Origin: a virus
Lineage: Duplodnaviria > Caudoviricetes
Length of the DNA stretch: 42,122 nt
Strand: one strand, 5' to 3'
Virus record (IMG/VR): IMGVR_UViG_3300016669_000004
Span: 1-42,122 of that record
Of this stretch, positions 9,532 through 19,257 are shown piece by piece. The notes beneath the pieces are model-generated. The model saw nothing but the letters and a program-made list of their open reading frames with translations, did no database searches and was not told the origin of the DNA. The position numbers and the translations under genes are program-made. Every line of letters begins with the position of its first letter. The first letter of the stretch is position 1.

Positions 9532-10044
9532 TCAGCCCTCGCCCCACATCTCGGCCAGCAGCGCAAGGCCCTCGCTCTGTCGCTGCCGCAGCAGCACGGC
9601 CACGTCGGCCCACACACCGGCCGGGATGCTGCGCTCGCCCTGCATCCATGCACGCACGCGGCGGTCGTTGATGGACAGCTCTCGGGCCAGGTCTGTTTGC
9701 CAGCGCTCTCCGTACAACAGCCGACCAGCACGGGCAAGGTGCTCGGGGCCAAGATGCCTGGACCTGTCCAGCGCGGCCATGTAGTGATACCAGCCCGTCC
9801 AGAATGCGCCCTGGTCTTCGATTGGCGTTCCGCCGGGTGGATCTACCAGGTCGGCAGGCAGCGCATTTGTCAGGCGTGCGATCTCATCTGCGTGGCTGCG
9901 ACGACGCTGTTTGACGAGCAACGCAAACCCTGTTGCAGGCTTGGCAAGCAGCGTGTCCAGTAGCTTTGGAGGGATATCTCCGTCTGGATAGATCGCCCGG
10001 GCGAGCTGCCCGAGCGTGTACATGGTCGCCGAAAGAGTGGTCAT
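9532..10044 (-). CDS. Two-domain protein with C-terminal HTH (Aca-like regulator candidate)
   Basis: GRLLYGERWQTDLARELSINDRRVRAWMQGERSIP HTH; last gene of a two-gene reverse operon. Confidence 0.7.
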   Translation of the reverse strand: MTTLSATMYTLGQLARAIYPDGDIPPKLLDTLLAKPATGFALLVKQRRRSHADEIARLTNALPADLVDPPGGTPIEDQGAFWTGWYHYMAALDRSRHLGPEHLARAGRLLYGERWQTDLARELSINDRRVRAWMQGERSIPAGVWADVAVLLRQRQSEGLALLAEMWGEG

Positions 10045-10047
10045 TGC

Positions 10048-10392
10048 TCAGGCTCCGGCCATGGCCTTGACGGCCTGCATGTCACCCAGCGTGATGCCGG
10101 CCTCGGCTTCGATCTTGGGCAGGTTGCGCATGTCGATATTGCCGTCCTTGTTGGTGTACTTGGCCAGCGCGGCATTCCATGCTGCGCGGATCTGCGGCCA
10201 GCGAGCGGCGTAGTCAGCCAGCTCGGCCTCGCGCAAGCGACGGCAGGCATCATCGATCTTGGCATCGTAAGGGTTGTATCCGTAGCCACCCTCGTTGTGG
10301 GTATTGCGGTACGCGCGGGCCCTTGCAGTCAAGTCGGCCAGCTCGGCCTTGATGGAGGTGATGCTGTTGTTGGTGGTGGTGTTGGTGGTCAT
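10048..10392 (-). CDS. Small hypothetical protein, anti-defence (Acr) candidate
   Basis: GAGGAG RBS; 114 aa; NEGGYGYNPY motif; upstream of the HTH gene, behind an operator-containing promoter. Confidence 0.65.
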   Translation of the reverse strand: MTTNTTTNNSITSIKAELADLTARARAYRNTHNEGGYGYNPYDAKIDDACRRLREAELADYAARWPQIRAAWNAALAKYTNKDGNIDMRNLPKIEAEAGITLGDMQAVKAMAGA

Positions 10393-10443
10393 GGTCGGCT
10401 CCTCAGCCTGTGTGGGCGGCCCCGATGGCCATCCCATGTGCGT

Positions 10444-10472
10444 AGATTGATCCTAATTTTAGGATCAGTCAA
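10444..10472 (-). promoter_or_regulatory. Sigma70-like promoter with palindromic operator
   Basis: Minus strand TTGACT-17 bp-CAATCT; perfect inverted repeat TGATCCTAA-TT-TTAGGATCA (10448-10467) fills the spacer. Confidence 0.75.
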
Positions 10473-10629
10473 GGGAGTGGAGCGAGAAATCTTGAATTTG
10501 CCGACGAACGGTCACCCATGTGCTGCCACCGCGCGATAAGCGCTGGTGACGACATTAAACCCAAAGTCTGGAAGGCTCGTGCCGTGTTGAAGTGCCCCCG
10601 CGTGTGCGTGGGCTGCCGCCGGAGCGAGC

Positions 10630-10995
10630 ATGACCACCAAGACCGCCGAAGACCTGGCTGAAATCCAGAACCTCACCATCCCCGAGCTTGGCGATGCGCT
10701 GGTGCATCTGGATGCGCAGGACCTGGCCGCGCTCAAGGCGCTGGAGCAGGGCTCCGGCAAGCCGCGTGCCAAGGCGCTCGATGCCATCGATGCGGCCGCC
10801 GCCAGGCTGCCGCCGGCACAGGCCCAGGCCAGCCCGGCAGACGACATCGCCCATGACGATGCGGCCGCCGATGCGCCGCCGGCTGCGATCGACGCCGGCT
10901 GGAAACTGCCCGACTACACCGGCCCGCTGGACATCGAGAAGGCCGAGTGGCGCCGGGTCAACCTCAAGCCAGTGCGGGGAGTGGCCACAAAGTGA
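10630..10995 (+). CDS. Hypothetical head-region protein
   Basis: GGAG RBS; coupled to the protease gene by a GTGA overlap. Confidence 0.7.
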   Translation: MTTKTAEDLAEIQNLTIPELGDALVHLDAQDLAALKALEQGSGKPRAKALDAIDAAAARLPPAQAQASPADDIAHDDAAADAPPAAIDAGWKLPDYTGPLDIEKAEWRRVNLKPVRGVATK

Positions 10996-12083
10996 GCGCC
11001 GTGCGCCACAAGTCGATGAGCCTGCGCATCAAGGCATCGGCCGCGCCGTCGGCCGAGCACCTGGCGCTGATCAACGAGCTGGCGCTGTCGGAGATGAGCG
11101 CCGAGCAGCTGTACGTGCGCACCTTCGTGGTGGCGCACAACGCCATCGACCGCGACAACGAGGTCTTCGACGACACGCTGCTGGCCGACTTTGCGCGCAC
11201 GCTGCCTGGCAAGGGGCTTTTCATCCGGCATCCCTCCGGCTGGGATGGCGACTCCGGCCCGGGCGAAGGACGCTGGTTTGCCGCGGAGCTGCAGCACATG
11301 AGCCTGGACGAGGCCCGCACCCTGCTGCGCGCCCCGGACCTGCAATGGCCGCCGACGGTGACCACCGCCACGCTGCTGATGGCCAGCGCGTACCTGGCCC
11401 GCACCGAGAGCAACAAGGATCTGCTGGTCAAGCTGGATGCCGGCATCGTCTCCGACGTGTCGATCGGTTTCACCGCCAAGAGCGCCGGGCCGATCACAGA
11501 TGCCGAAGGCCGCGAGCTGACCGCGCGCCGCATCACCTCCCCGGGCGAAGCCCTGGAAGCCTCCCTGGTCTGGCTGGGTGCCCAGCCGGGCGCCCGCGCC
11601 GTCAAGGGCGCAAAGACCGACCCCTCCGAGGACACCGCAATGCCCACGCAAGCCGAATTGGATGCAGCACTGACAAAGGCCGCCACCGCCGAGGCGGAGC
11701 TCAAATCCGCCCAGCCCGCCCGCGAGATCGTGCTCAAGGCCCGCCAGGCCCTGGGCGACGATGGCGCGCTGATCGACAACCCCGCGCTGCTGGCCGAGGC
11801 GGTCACCGCCGGCAAGGCCTACCGCAAGGCGCTGGTGGACACCATCGTGGCCGGCGAGCGTGCGCAAGGCACCTGCGCCGATGACCCCGAATCGGTCAAG
11901 GCCGCCGAGGCCATCTACGCCGGCTTTCCGCTGGCCGCGCTGGAAACCCGCGCCAAGCACTACGAGTCGCTGGTGCCGGCCGGTGGCCTGCGCGGCGGCA
12001 ACCCCAACCAACACCCGCCGACGGATGACCCCGACGGCCGGAAAAACGCACCGGCGGTGTTCGCCGGCGCCTCGCTGATCTGA
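10992..12083 (+). CDS. Prohead protease/scaffold
   Basis: IDRDNEVF, DAGIVSDVSIGF and EASLVWLGAQPGA protease motifs; helical C-terminal part. Confidence 0.8.
   Translation: MSAVRHKSMSLRIKASAAPSAEHLALINELALSEMSAEQLYVRTFVVAHNAIDRDNEVFDDTLLADFARTLPGKGLFIRHPSGWDGDSGPGEGRWFAAELQHMSLDEARTLLRAPDLQWPPTVTTATLLMASAYLARTESNKDLLVKLDAGIVSDVSIGFTAKSAGPITDAEGRELTARRITSPGEALEASLVWLGAQPGARAVKGAKTDPSEDTAMPTQAELDAALTKAATAEAELKSAQPAREIVLKARQALGDDGALIDNPALLAEAVTAGKAYRKALVDTIVAGERAQGTCADDPESVKAAEAIYAGFPLAALETRAKHYESLVPAGGLRGGNPNQHPPTDDPDGRKNAPAVFAGASLI
11640..12083 (+). CDS. Nested in-frame scaffold protein (internal start)
   Basis: GAGGA RBS then ATG (MPTQAELDAALTK) right after the protease domain, as in Mu I/Z. 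Confidence 0.55.
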   Translation: MPTQAELDAALTKAATAEAELKSAQPAREIVLKARQALGDDGALIDNPALLAEAVTAGKAYRKALVDTIVAGERAQGTCADDPESVKAAEAIYAGFPLAALETRAKHYESLVPAGGLRGGNPNQHPPTDDPDGRKNAPAVFAGASLI

Positions 12084-12096
12084 CAGGAGCCTGACC

Positions 12097-12438
12097 ATGT
12101 TGCAGTTGCGCAGTGATTCCGGCCAGGTGTTCCAGACGCGCTTTGCCGCGACCGGCGCCGTGACCGCAAAGGTGCCGTTCCTGGAGGGCGGCAAGGTGTT
12201 CATCCCGCTCAATACCGAGGCCGCCGGCGCGTCCGGCGAGCACGTCTATCAGTCCGAGGTGTCCGACGCGGCCAAGGCCACGGGCGAGGCCTGGACCGTG
12301 GGCGCGACACTGTACTGGGACAACACCAACAAGCGCTTCACCACCACCGCGACCGGCAACACTGCCTGCGGCACGGCGATCCAGCCGGCCACCGCGGCGG
12401 CCACGGTGTCCCCCATCTTCCTGTTCAAGTCCTTCTAA
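12097..12438 (+). CDS. Capsid cement/decoration protein (DUF2190-like)
   Basis: KATGEAWTVGATLYWDNTNKRFTTTATGN motif. Confidence 0.78.
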   Translation: MLQLRSDSGQVFQTRFAATGAVTAKVPFLEGGKVFIPLNTEAAGASGEHVYQSEVSDAAKATGEAWTVGATLYWDNTNKRFTTTATGNTACGTAIQPATAAATVSPIFLFKSF

Positions 12439-12450
12439 GGGGCCCCCGCG

Positions 12451-13551
12451 ATGAAGCTCTCGATCAACTACGACGGCCTGGCCGCCATCAACGGCGCCGA
12501 TGCCCAGCGCAGCGCGCTGTTTGCAAGCCTCAAGGCCGCCATGCTGCTGCCGGTGCTGATGAACGACGTGCTGGGCGCCGATGAGGCCGCCGCGGCCTCG
12601 ATGTCTGGCGGAAAGTCGATCATGCACGGCGGCAGCGAAGGGCTGACCACCGAGCGGGTCAAGGCCTACCTGCAGTCCGACCGCGCCGCCCGCCATGGCG
12701 CCAAGTGGGCCACCCCCGGCGACAATCCGCTGCTGCAGACCACCAGCGCGGCCGTGGTGTCCTTCTACGCGAGCAACGTGCGCGAGATGGACCTGGGCTA
12801 CCAGGTGCTGTTCGACGAGGTGCCCGGCATGCTGGGCAGCAACCAGGACAGCTTCGAGATCCGTGGCGCGTCGATGGGCTTCACCTGGGAGCAGATCAAG
12901 CCCGGTGGCGCGATCAAGCCGCGGCGCAACATCAACGAGACCAGCGCGGCGGTCAAGTACCTGACCTTTGGCGATGGGTTCAGCATCCTGGACGAGTGGT
13001 TCCAGTTCAGCAAGTACTACCACATCGCCGACGCCATCAACGAGTACATGTCCACGTACTACGACCGCAAGGCCGCGCTGCACTACGGCCTGCTGACCGG
13101 CCTTGGCGCCAGCATCAACGTGGCCTTTGCCACCGATGCGCAGACCACCTTCAACGCGGCGGTGTCCTCGATCCTGCGCAAGGTGGAGGCCAAGGGCTAC
13201 GCGGTGGGCAGCAACCCGCAGGTGGACATCGTGGTCAGCCCCGAGCGCGTGGGCTACGTGCTGGCCTTTCTTGAGGCCAGCCGCGGCAGCACCATGGTGC
13301 AGTACGGCGTGGCCAAGCAGCCGGTGGCATTCTCCGTGCGCAACGTCATCGTGACCACCAAGGTCACCGCCGCGGACACCGGCTACTACGTGGTGCTGCC
13401 GGGCCGCAAGCTCAAGCGGGCCGATTGGAAGGCGCTGACAATCGAGTCCAAGCGCGATCCCAGCGTGGCCGCCGAGGACTGGTACGGCCGCGGGCAGTAC
13501 AACGCCGTGGTCGGCGACCAGGACCAGGTCGCACGCGTGGCCTTCAGCTGA
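12451..13551 (+). CDS. Major capsid protein
   Basis: Position after protease and cement genes; 366 aa; strongly biased codons. Confidence 0.72.
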   Translation: MKLSINYDGLAAINGADAQRSALFASLKAAMLLPVLMNDVLGADEAAAASMSGGKSIMHGGSEGLTTERVKAYLQSDRAARHGAKWATPGDNPLLQTTSAAVVSFYASNVREMDLGYQVLFDEVPGMLGSNQDSFEIRGASMGFTWEQIKPGGAIKPRRNINETSAAVKYLTFGDGFSILDEWFQFSKYYHIADAINEYMSTYYDRKAALHYGLLTGLGASINVAFATDAQTTFNAAVSSILRKVEAKGYAVGSNPQVDIVVSPERVGYVLAFLEASRGSTMVQYGVAKQPVAFSVRNVIVTTKVTAADTGYYVVLPGRKLKRADWKALTIESKRDPSVAAEDWYGRGQYNAVVGDQDQVARVAFS

Positions 13552-13588
13552 CGGGGCAGGGTGGGCCGGCAACGGCCCGCCCACGGCA

Positions 13589-14053
13589 ATGGCGGCCAAG
13601 GTCACGCTCCAGGACATTGCAGACGCCGGATTCCGGCGCGAGCAGTTCGGCACGCCAGCAGACTGGGCCACCCAGGACGGCTATCTGGAGCGCTTGATTG
13701 CCCGCGCCACGGTGTGGGCCACCGCCCGCTATGGCGCTGGCTACGACACCGTGGCCGCAGACAGCGCCGCCTACGAGCACCTGCGCAGCGCGGAGCTGTG
13801 CTGGGTCAGCGCAAGGCTGTGGCGCGCCCGCGCGGGGTTCATCGACTCAAATGCCGCCAGCAGCCGCGACGCACTCAGCTACGCCGACCGCCGACAGTAT
13901 CTGGAGACCGCCCAGCAGATGGATGACTGCGCCGATGCCAACATGGCCCTGGCCATTGGCGGCAACAGCCCGTACCCGGGCACCGGCGCGTCTCTGGCCG
14001 GTGCAGAAACCGGCCCCTACCAGCGCCCGGCCGACAGCGGGTGGACGGCATGA
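13589..14053 (+). CDS. Head-tail adaptor (putative)
   Basis: Position and size. Confidence 0.55.
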   Translation: MAAKVTLQDIADAGFRREQFGTPADWATQDGYLERLIARATVWATARYGAGYDTVAADSAAYEHLRSAELCWVSARLWRARAGFIDSNAASSRDALSYADRRQYLETAQQMDDCADANMALAIGGNSPYPGTGASLAGAETGPYQRPADSGWTA

Positions 14054-14457
14054 GGCTGCGCGCGGTGTTCGACGCAGCACAGGTGCAGGCGGCCATGGGC
14101 CAGGGCGCGATGCTGATCCCCGCCGCGCGTGAGGCGCTATTGCGCAGCCTTGGAATCCAGGCCGTGCGCACGGCCACGCGGCTTGCGGGCGGCCCGGGCA
14201 CCGAAGCTCCGGGCACGTACCCAATCCCAATCCGCACTGGCACGCTGCGCCGTGGCATGAACTTCCAGCTTTCCGGCAACGCGGCCATCGTCTTCAACGA
14301 GACCACCTATGCCCGCGCCGTGCATGACGGCTACCAGCCCTACGGCAATCCCCGCGCCCACGCCATCCCCGCGCGTCCGTACTTCAGCGACGCCATCGCC
14401 GAACTCGATCTTGATGCCGCCGCCGATGCATGGGCCAGGCAGATGGGCGCGCAATGA
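14050..14457 (+). CDS. Neck/virion morphogenesis protein (HK97 gp10/Mu G-like)
   Basis: PIRTGTLRR...YARAVHDG...PARPYF motif. Confidence 0.75.
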   Translation: MRLRAVFDAAQVQAAMGQGAMLIPAAREALLRSLGIQAVRTATRLAGGPGTEAPGTYPIPIRTGTLRRGMNFQLSGNAAIVFNETTYARAVHDGYQPYGNPRAHAIPARPYFSDAIAELDLDAAADAWARQMGAQ

Positions 14458-14954
14458 ACCCCGCCGCCCGCGCCGCGCTGCGCAGCCTGCTGCTGACCGA
14501 CGCGCAGTTTGTCGCGGACATGCAGGCCCTGCGCCTGGGCGCCGGGAACGAACAGGTGATCCCGCGCGTGCTGGACGGCAACCGCCGCTTCGACCAGATC
14601 GGCGCCGAGCACCTGCCGTGCTGGATCAACGATGCCGGCGACATGACCGCAAGCGATGCCGGCAACGAGGGCGGCGGCATGGACGGCATGGTCATCGGCA
14701 GCAGTCAGCAGGACTGGGCCGGCGACATCGAGCTGTCGCTGCTGTGGATACAGCAGGATGTGGCCCGCAGTGTCGAGCAGACCGATGCCATCCCGGCCGC
14801 GCTGGTGCGCCTGCTGTTGCGCAACCCATCGCTGGGCGAAAGCTGCACGCTGGCGCGGGTGGTGGAGTTGCAGACCGACCGCAACGTGCGCCACCCAACG
14901 CACTACCTGTACGCGCGCCTGCGCATCAACACCACCATCGAGCGCGCAGGCTGA
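14454..14954 (+). CDS. Tail completion/terminator protein (putative)
   Basis: Position before tail tube; ATGA overlap. Confidence 0.55.
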   Translation: MNPAARAALRSLLLTDAQFVADMQALRLGAGNEQVIPRVLDGNRRFDQIGAEHLPCWINDAGDMTASDAGNEGGGMDGMVIGSSQQDWAGDIELSLLWIQQDVARSVEQTDAIPAALVRLLLRNPSLGESCTLARVVELQTDRNVRHPTHYLYARLRINTTIERAG

Positions 14955-15064
14955 TGCGCGCCCATCCCCTCAATGCCAGCCACGCGGCCCACACCGTCGA
15001 CTCCGCCGCCCGCGGATGGTCGTGTGGCTGGCGCCTTTTCGCTGCCTTCCAGGAGTAACCCGCC

Positions 15065-16060
15065 ATGGCCCAGGCCACCGGTGCACTGACCAAGATCGTG
15101 GGCTTCACTCAGCCGGCCATCCGCCAGATGGACGACCCTGTCCAAGCCGAGCTGCTGTATCTGCGAACGCTGGACTACAACGCCACAAACCCACTGGAGC
15201 AGGACCCTACCCTGTCCGGCGGCTTCCGTGGCCAGCAGCGCGGCGCCCGCGGCCGCGTGGGCGGAACCGGCAGTGCGGTGGTGACCATCGGCACCAGCAT
15301 CGCCTTCTGGCTCAAGCACCTGATCGGCGTGCCATCAACGTCCGGAACCACCGCCCCGTACACCCACACCTTCCAGGTGGGACAGGGCATCAACGCGCTG
15401 CCAGCAGCGCTGGGCATCGAGCGCGACTACAGCGACCGCATCGCCGTACCCGGGCGCTACGTGCGCGACACCGACATCCGCATTGCCTCCGGCGCGTTTG
15501 CATTCAGCACGGCGGCTGCGACCCAGCAGGCCACCTTCAACCTGGCCGGCGCGGCGCTGCGCACCATGCCGACCACGGCCGTGGATGCTACCCCGGATGA
15601 CTTTGGCCACGCCGCCTTTGCCCTGGCCGGCCTGTCGCTGCTGCTGGACAATGGCACCACCGATGTCTGCGTCGAAACCCTCAACATCAACTGGGACAAC
15701 GACCTGGACACCGAGCTGTACTGCCTCAACGATGGCGGCCTGCGCCACGACATGCCCGAGGGGCAGGTGCTGATCACCGGCGATGGCGTGGCCCAGTTCG
15801 ACACCCCGGCGTTGCTGATCAAGGCCCGCGACGACGCCGACCTGAAGCTGCAGATCACCATGACCCGCGGCACCGGCGCCGGCACCGCCGGCAACGAGCA
15901 GCTGGTGATCACCATCCCGCTGTCCACCATCGAGACCACCACCCCGGGCGTGACCGGCCCGCGCGGCATCAAGCAGAACTTCACCTTCATCGCCTATCGC
16001 CAGGCCGGCAGCGAAGTCGGCGTCACCGCGGTGCTCAAGAGCGCCCGCGCCACGGTCTGA
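15065..16060 (+). CDS. Tail tube (major tail) protein
   Basis: AGGAG RBS; TAPYTHTF, NINWDNDL motifs; no sheath gene present. Confidence 0.8.
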   Translation: MAQATGALTKIVGFTQPAIRQMDDPVQAELLYLRTLDYNATNPLEQDPTLSGGFRGQQRGARGRVGGTGSAVVTIGTSIAFWLKHLIGVPSTSGTTAPYTHTFQVGQGINALPAALGIERDYSDRIAVPGRYVRDTDIRIASGAFAFSTAAATQQATFNLAGAALRTMPTTAVDATPDDFGHAAFALAGLSLLLDNGTTDVCVETLNINWDNDLDTELYCLNDGGLRHDMPEGQVLITGDGVAQFDTPALLIKARDDADLKLQITMTRGTGAGTAGNEQLVITIPLSTIETTTPGVTGPRGIKQNFTFIAYRQAGSEVGVTAVLKSARATV

Positions 16061-16089
16061 TCCAGCGCACAACAGGAGGCACCAGCACG

Positions 16090-16551
16090 ATGTTCAGGGC
16101 GGCGGAAATTGGTTTGATGTGGGTGCCGGTGCAACTGCCGGCGGCCCAGGAGGGCGGCGAGGACCCGGTCATCTGGCTGCACATGCGGCTGTTCACCCGC
16201 GCCGAGCTGCGCGAGCGGCAAAAGAGCGCGGTCGAGCGCGTGGGCGACCCGGCCGTGGCCGCCCTGCGCGATGCCCGCAACATCGATGACATGCGCGCGG
16301 TCATGGAAGCGGCAACCCTGGTGGAAACCGAGGACCTGGCCGAGGTGGCCGCACGGGTGCGCGACTGGCGCGGCATCGAGGGCGAGGACGGCACGCCGCA
16401 GCCATTCACAGCCACCGCGCTGGATGCGCTGCTGGCGCACCAGTGGTTTGCCACTGCCGTGCGCGAGGCCCTGTTCCGGGCCAGCCGCGAGGGCGTCCCA
16501 AAAAACTCACTGCCTGGGTCCGCTGGCATGCCGGCGCGGGTCCAGGCCTGA
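16090..16551 (+). CDS. Tail assembly chaperone (G-like)
   Basis: Between tube and tape measure; VRDWRGIEGEDGTPQPFT; ends near slippery site. Confidence 0.75.
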   Translation: MFRAAEIGLMWVPVQLPAAQEGGEDPVIWLHMRLFTRAELRERQKSAVERVGDPAVAALRDARNIDDMRAVMEAATLVETEDLAEVAARVRDWRGIEGEDGTPQPFTATALDALLAHQWFATAVREALFRASREGVPKNSLPGSAGMPARVQA

Positions 16552-16901
16552 GCGATGGCACGCGGCTATGGGACTTCGAGGACCGCTACGGCGACAGCTT
16601 CACCGCCGAGGCCTGCAGCCAGTGCAAGACCATCTGCGCCGACTGCCCGCAGCCGCGCCTGCTGCCCGATGCCCAGCCAGGGGCGCTGGCCTACCTCACC
16701 TGTGCCACGCAATTCCAGTACGCGCCCAGCGGCGTGCCCACCGGCCTGCGCTACGCCGACTGCCTGGCCATGCTGACCGCCCGCGCCGAGGCGCTGGGCA
16801 TCACCGATATCCCCCAGGCCCTGGCCGACCTGCAGCACGCCGAGCGTGCGCGCATCGGCGCGGCCGTGGAACACATGCGACAGGAGCGGCGTGATGGCTA
16901 A
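16497..16901 (+). CDS. Tail chaperone GT extension via -1 frameshift (DUF1799-like)
   Basis: Slippery CCCAAAAAAC at 16497-16506; the -1 frame continues KKLTAWVRW...TQFQYAPSGVPTGLRY. Confidence 0.7.
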   Translation, partial: PKKLTAWVRWHAGAGPGLSDGTRLWDFEDRYGDSFTAEACSQCKTICADCPQPRLLPDAQPGALAYLTCATQFQYAPSGVPTGLRYADCLAMLTARAEALGITDIPQALADLQHAERARIGAAVEHMRQERRDG

Positions 16902-19257
16902 CAGCCCGGCACGGTTTCAGGTGCGGTTTGAGGTTGACGGCGACGGCAACGTCAAGGCGGCCATGGATAGCGTTTCGGTCAAGGCCAGGCAGGCAGGAGA
17001 GGCTGCCGACGATGCCGGCAAGCGTTGGACCAGCTTCGGCGAAAGCATCGGCCTTGCCGTCAGGACCGGAACGTTGGCGCTGGGCGGTCTGGCCGCCGGT
17101 GCCCTGGCGTTGGTCATCAAGAATAGCGTCGAGGCCGAGAACTCGATGGCCCAGCTCAATGCCGTGCTCAGGTCCAGTGGCCAGGATGCAAATTTCAGCG
17201 CAGAGCAGATCAAGGGGATGGCCGATACCATCTCCAAGGCCAGCACCTTCAGTGGGACCGAAGTCACCGATGCCGCCACGCGTCTGCTGTCCTACAGCGG
17301 CATCGCCAAGGAGCAGTTTGCACCGGCTTTGCAGGTGGCCATCGATCAGGCCACGCGCCTTGGGATCAGTGTCACCCAGTCGGCTGAAATCGTTGGACGG
17401 GCACTGGAATCTCCGACAAAGGCCGCAGCCGCGTTGGCCCAACAGGGGTTTGGCGCAGCATTCACCGATTCTGTGCGCGAAAGCATCAAGGCGCTGGAAG
17501 ATGCCGGCCGCGAGGCCGAAGCGCAGAAGATCATCATCGACATCCTCAACGAGAGCTATGGCGGCGCATCAGTTGCGGCACGCGACACGTTGGGCGGCGC
17601 GCTCAAGGCCCTGAAAATTACGGTAGGAAACCTGCTGGAAGGAGACGCCGAAGGCGAGGGGTTGAAGGGCCTGCGCCAGTCGATAGAGGATCTGATCAAA
17701 ACACTGGACGATCCACAGGTTAAATCAGGATTTGCTGGCTTCATCGAAGAATCACTGCAGCTTGTTGGCGTGCTGGCACAGCTTGTAGCAATGCTTGGAG
17801 AAGCAAAGGACAAACTGGATGCATTCGGAATACAGCAAGTCGGAGGAACGGCCAACGTCCGTGACCTTGCACAAATTAGATACGAACGTGCAAACATCGA
17901 GCAGGAGCAGGCTGCACGGTCGAGTGGAACATCTGACACATTTCTGGGAAGACTAGGCCGTGGATGGGCAGGAGCAGGAAATGCATTCGGACTGAATACT
18001 GTCAGCGGAATGTCTGACAAGGATCTTGAAAAACGGCTGGCTCAGCTGCGAGATTTGGAAGATCAAAGTATTGCGTTGTTCGGTGACACAAGCAAACCTC
18101 GAGTGCTCATAAATCAAGGAAATCCTGGAGATCCACAGCCATCCTTGAGGCCAATGGCACAGCGCAATCCTGTGGCTCCAGCGGGCACCACCGACACCAG
18201 CACCCGCAAGGCCGCGCTCAGCGAGGAAGACCGCGCCGCCCAGCAGCTCGAGCGCACCTACCAGCGCCTGATGGACCGCTACGCCGAGGAAATCGCGCTG
18301 GGGCGCGATGCCAGCGAGGAAGCCAAGGTCAGGTACATGATCGAGCACGAGGGCCTGCAGGGGCTGGATGCGGCCCGCCAGAAGGCCCTGATCACCCAGG
18401 CCCAGTTGAATGACCAGAAGATGGTCGAGGCTGAGCTGCAGCGCTCCATGTACGAGATGGACGGCCCATACATCGCGATGCTCAATGACCTGCAGGCCGA
18501 ACGCGCCGCGCTGGGCCTGTCCAACGATGAACTGGAGATCCGCGCCAACCTGCTGCGCGCCGGCGTCAGCCGCGAAAGCGACTGGGGCAAGACCATCGCA
18601 GAGAACACCAGGCAGCTCCAGCAGGAGCGCCGCGCCACCAACGACCAGATCGATGCCATGGACAGCGTGCGCGATGCCGGCAAGGACCTGTTCATGGGCG
18701 CAGCCACCAGCGCCGACAGCTTTGGCGATGTGGCCATCAACGCCCTGGAGCGCCTGCGCAACCGCATGCTGGAGATGGCCGCCGAGCGGCTGATGGACCA
18801 GATCTTCGGCGTGTACGGCACCACCCAGACCGGCAGCGCCGGCGGCTGGATGTCCTCCATCGGCGGCTGGGTCGGCAGCCTGTTTGGCGGTGGCAAGGCC
18901 ACCGGCGGCGCCATCCGCGCCGGCTCCATCTACGAAGTCAGCGAAGGCGGCGCCCCCGAGCTACTGCGCCAGAACGGCCGCACCTACCTGCTACCAGGCG
19001 CCGACGGCACGGTGATCCCGGCCCGGTATGCGGCTGGTGGCGGCGCAGCCGGCGGTGCGGCTGGGGCACTGCAGGTGCAGGTCAACAACTACGGCAGCAA
19101 CAAGGTGGCAACGCGGGAGGAGTTCTCAAACGGGCCAGATGGCAACAGTCTGCGCAAGCTGGTGATCGACATCATCGCCGATGACCAGGCCAGCGGCGGC
19201 AAGACCGTCAGGTCGCTCAAGAGCAGGTTCCCGGGCCTCAAGGAGACAGTCGGTTGA
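16894..19257 (+). CDS. Tail tape measure protein
   Basis: Long Ala-rich helical protein; C-terminal GKATGGAI...YEVSEGGAPEL motif. Confidence 0.9.
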   Translation: MANSPARFQVRFEVDGDGNVKAAMDSVSVKARQAGEAADDAGKRWTSFGESIGLAVRTGTLALGGLAAGALALVIKNSVEAENSMAQLNAVLRSSGQDANFSAEQIKGMADTISKASTFSGTEVTDAATRLLSYSGIAKEQFAPALQVAIDQATRLGISVTQSAEIVGRALESPTKAAAALAQQGFGAAFTDSVRESIKALEDAGREAEAQKIIIDILNESYGGASVAARDTLGGALKALKITVGNLLEGDAEGEGLKGLRQSIEDLIKTLDDPQVKSGFAGFIEESLQLVGVLAQLVAMLGEAKDKLDAFGIQQVGGTANVRDLAQIRYERANIEQEQAARSSGTSDTFLGRLGRGWAGAGNAFGLNTVSGMSDKDLEKRLAQLRDLEDQSIALFGDTSKPRVLINQGNPGDPQPSLRPMAQRNPVAPAGTTDTSTRKAALSEEDRAAQQLERTYQRLMDRYAEEIALGRDASEEAKVRYMIEHEGLQGLDAARQKALITQAQLNDQKMVEAELQRSMYEMDGPYIAMLNDLQAERAALGLSNDELEIRANLLRAGVSRESDWGKTIAENTRQLQQERRATNDQIDAMDSVRDAGKDLFMGAATSADSFGDVAINALERLRNRMLEMAAERLMDQIFGVYGTTQTGSAGGWMSSIGGWVGSLFGGGKATGGAIRAGSIYEVSEGGAPELLRQNGRTYLLPGADGTVIPARYAAGGGAAGGAAGALQVQVNNYGSNKVATREEFSNGPDGNSLRKLVIDIIADDQASGGKTVRSLKSRFPGLKETVG

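Noticed and set aside
5802-13671. Long antisense ORFs (5802-7310, 10914-12212, 11896-13671 and similar)
   Set aside because: Shadow frames of well-supported high-GC structural genes, with no motifs or RBS
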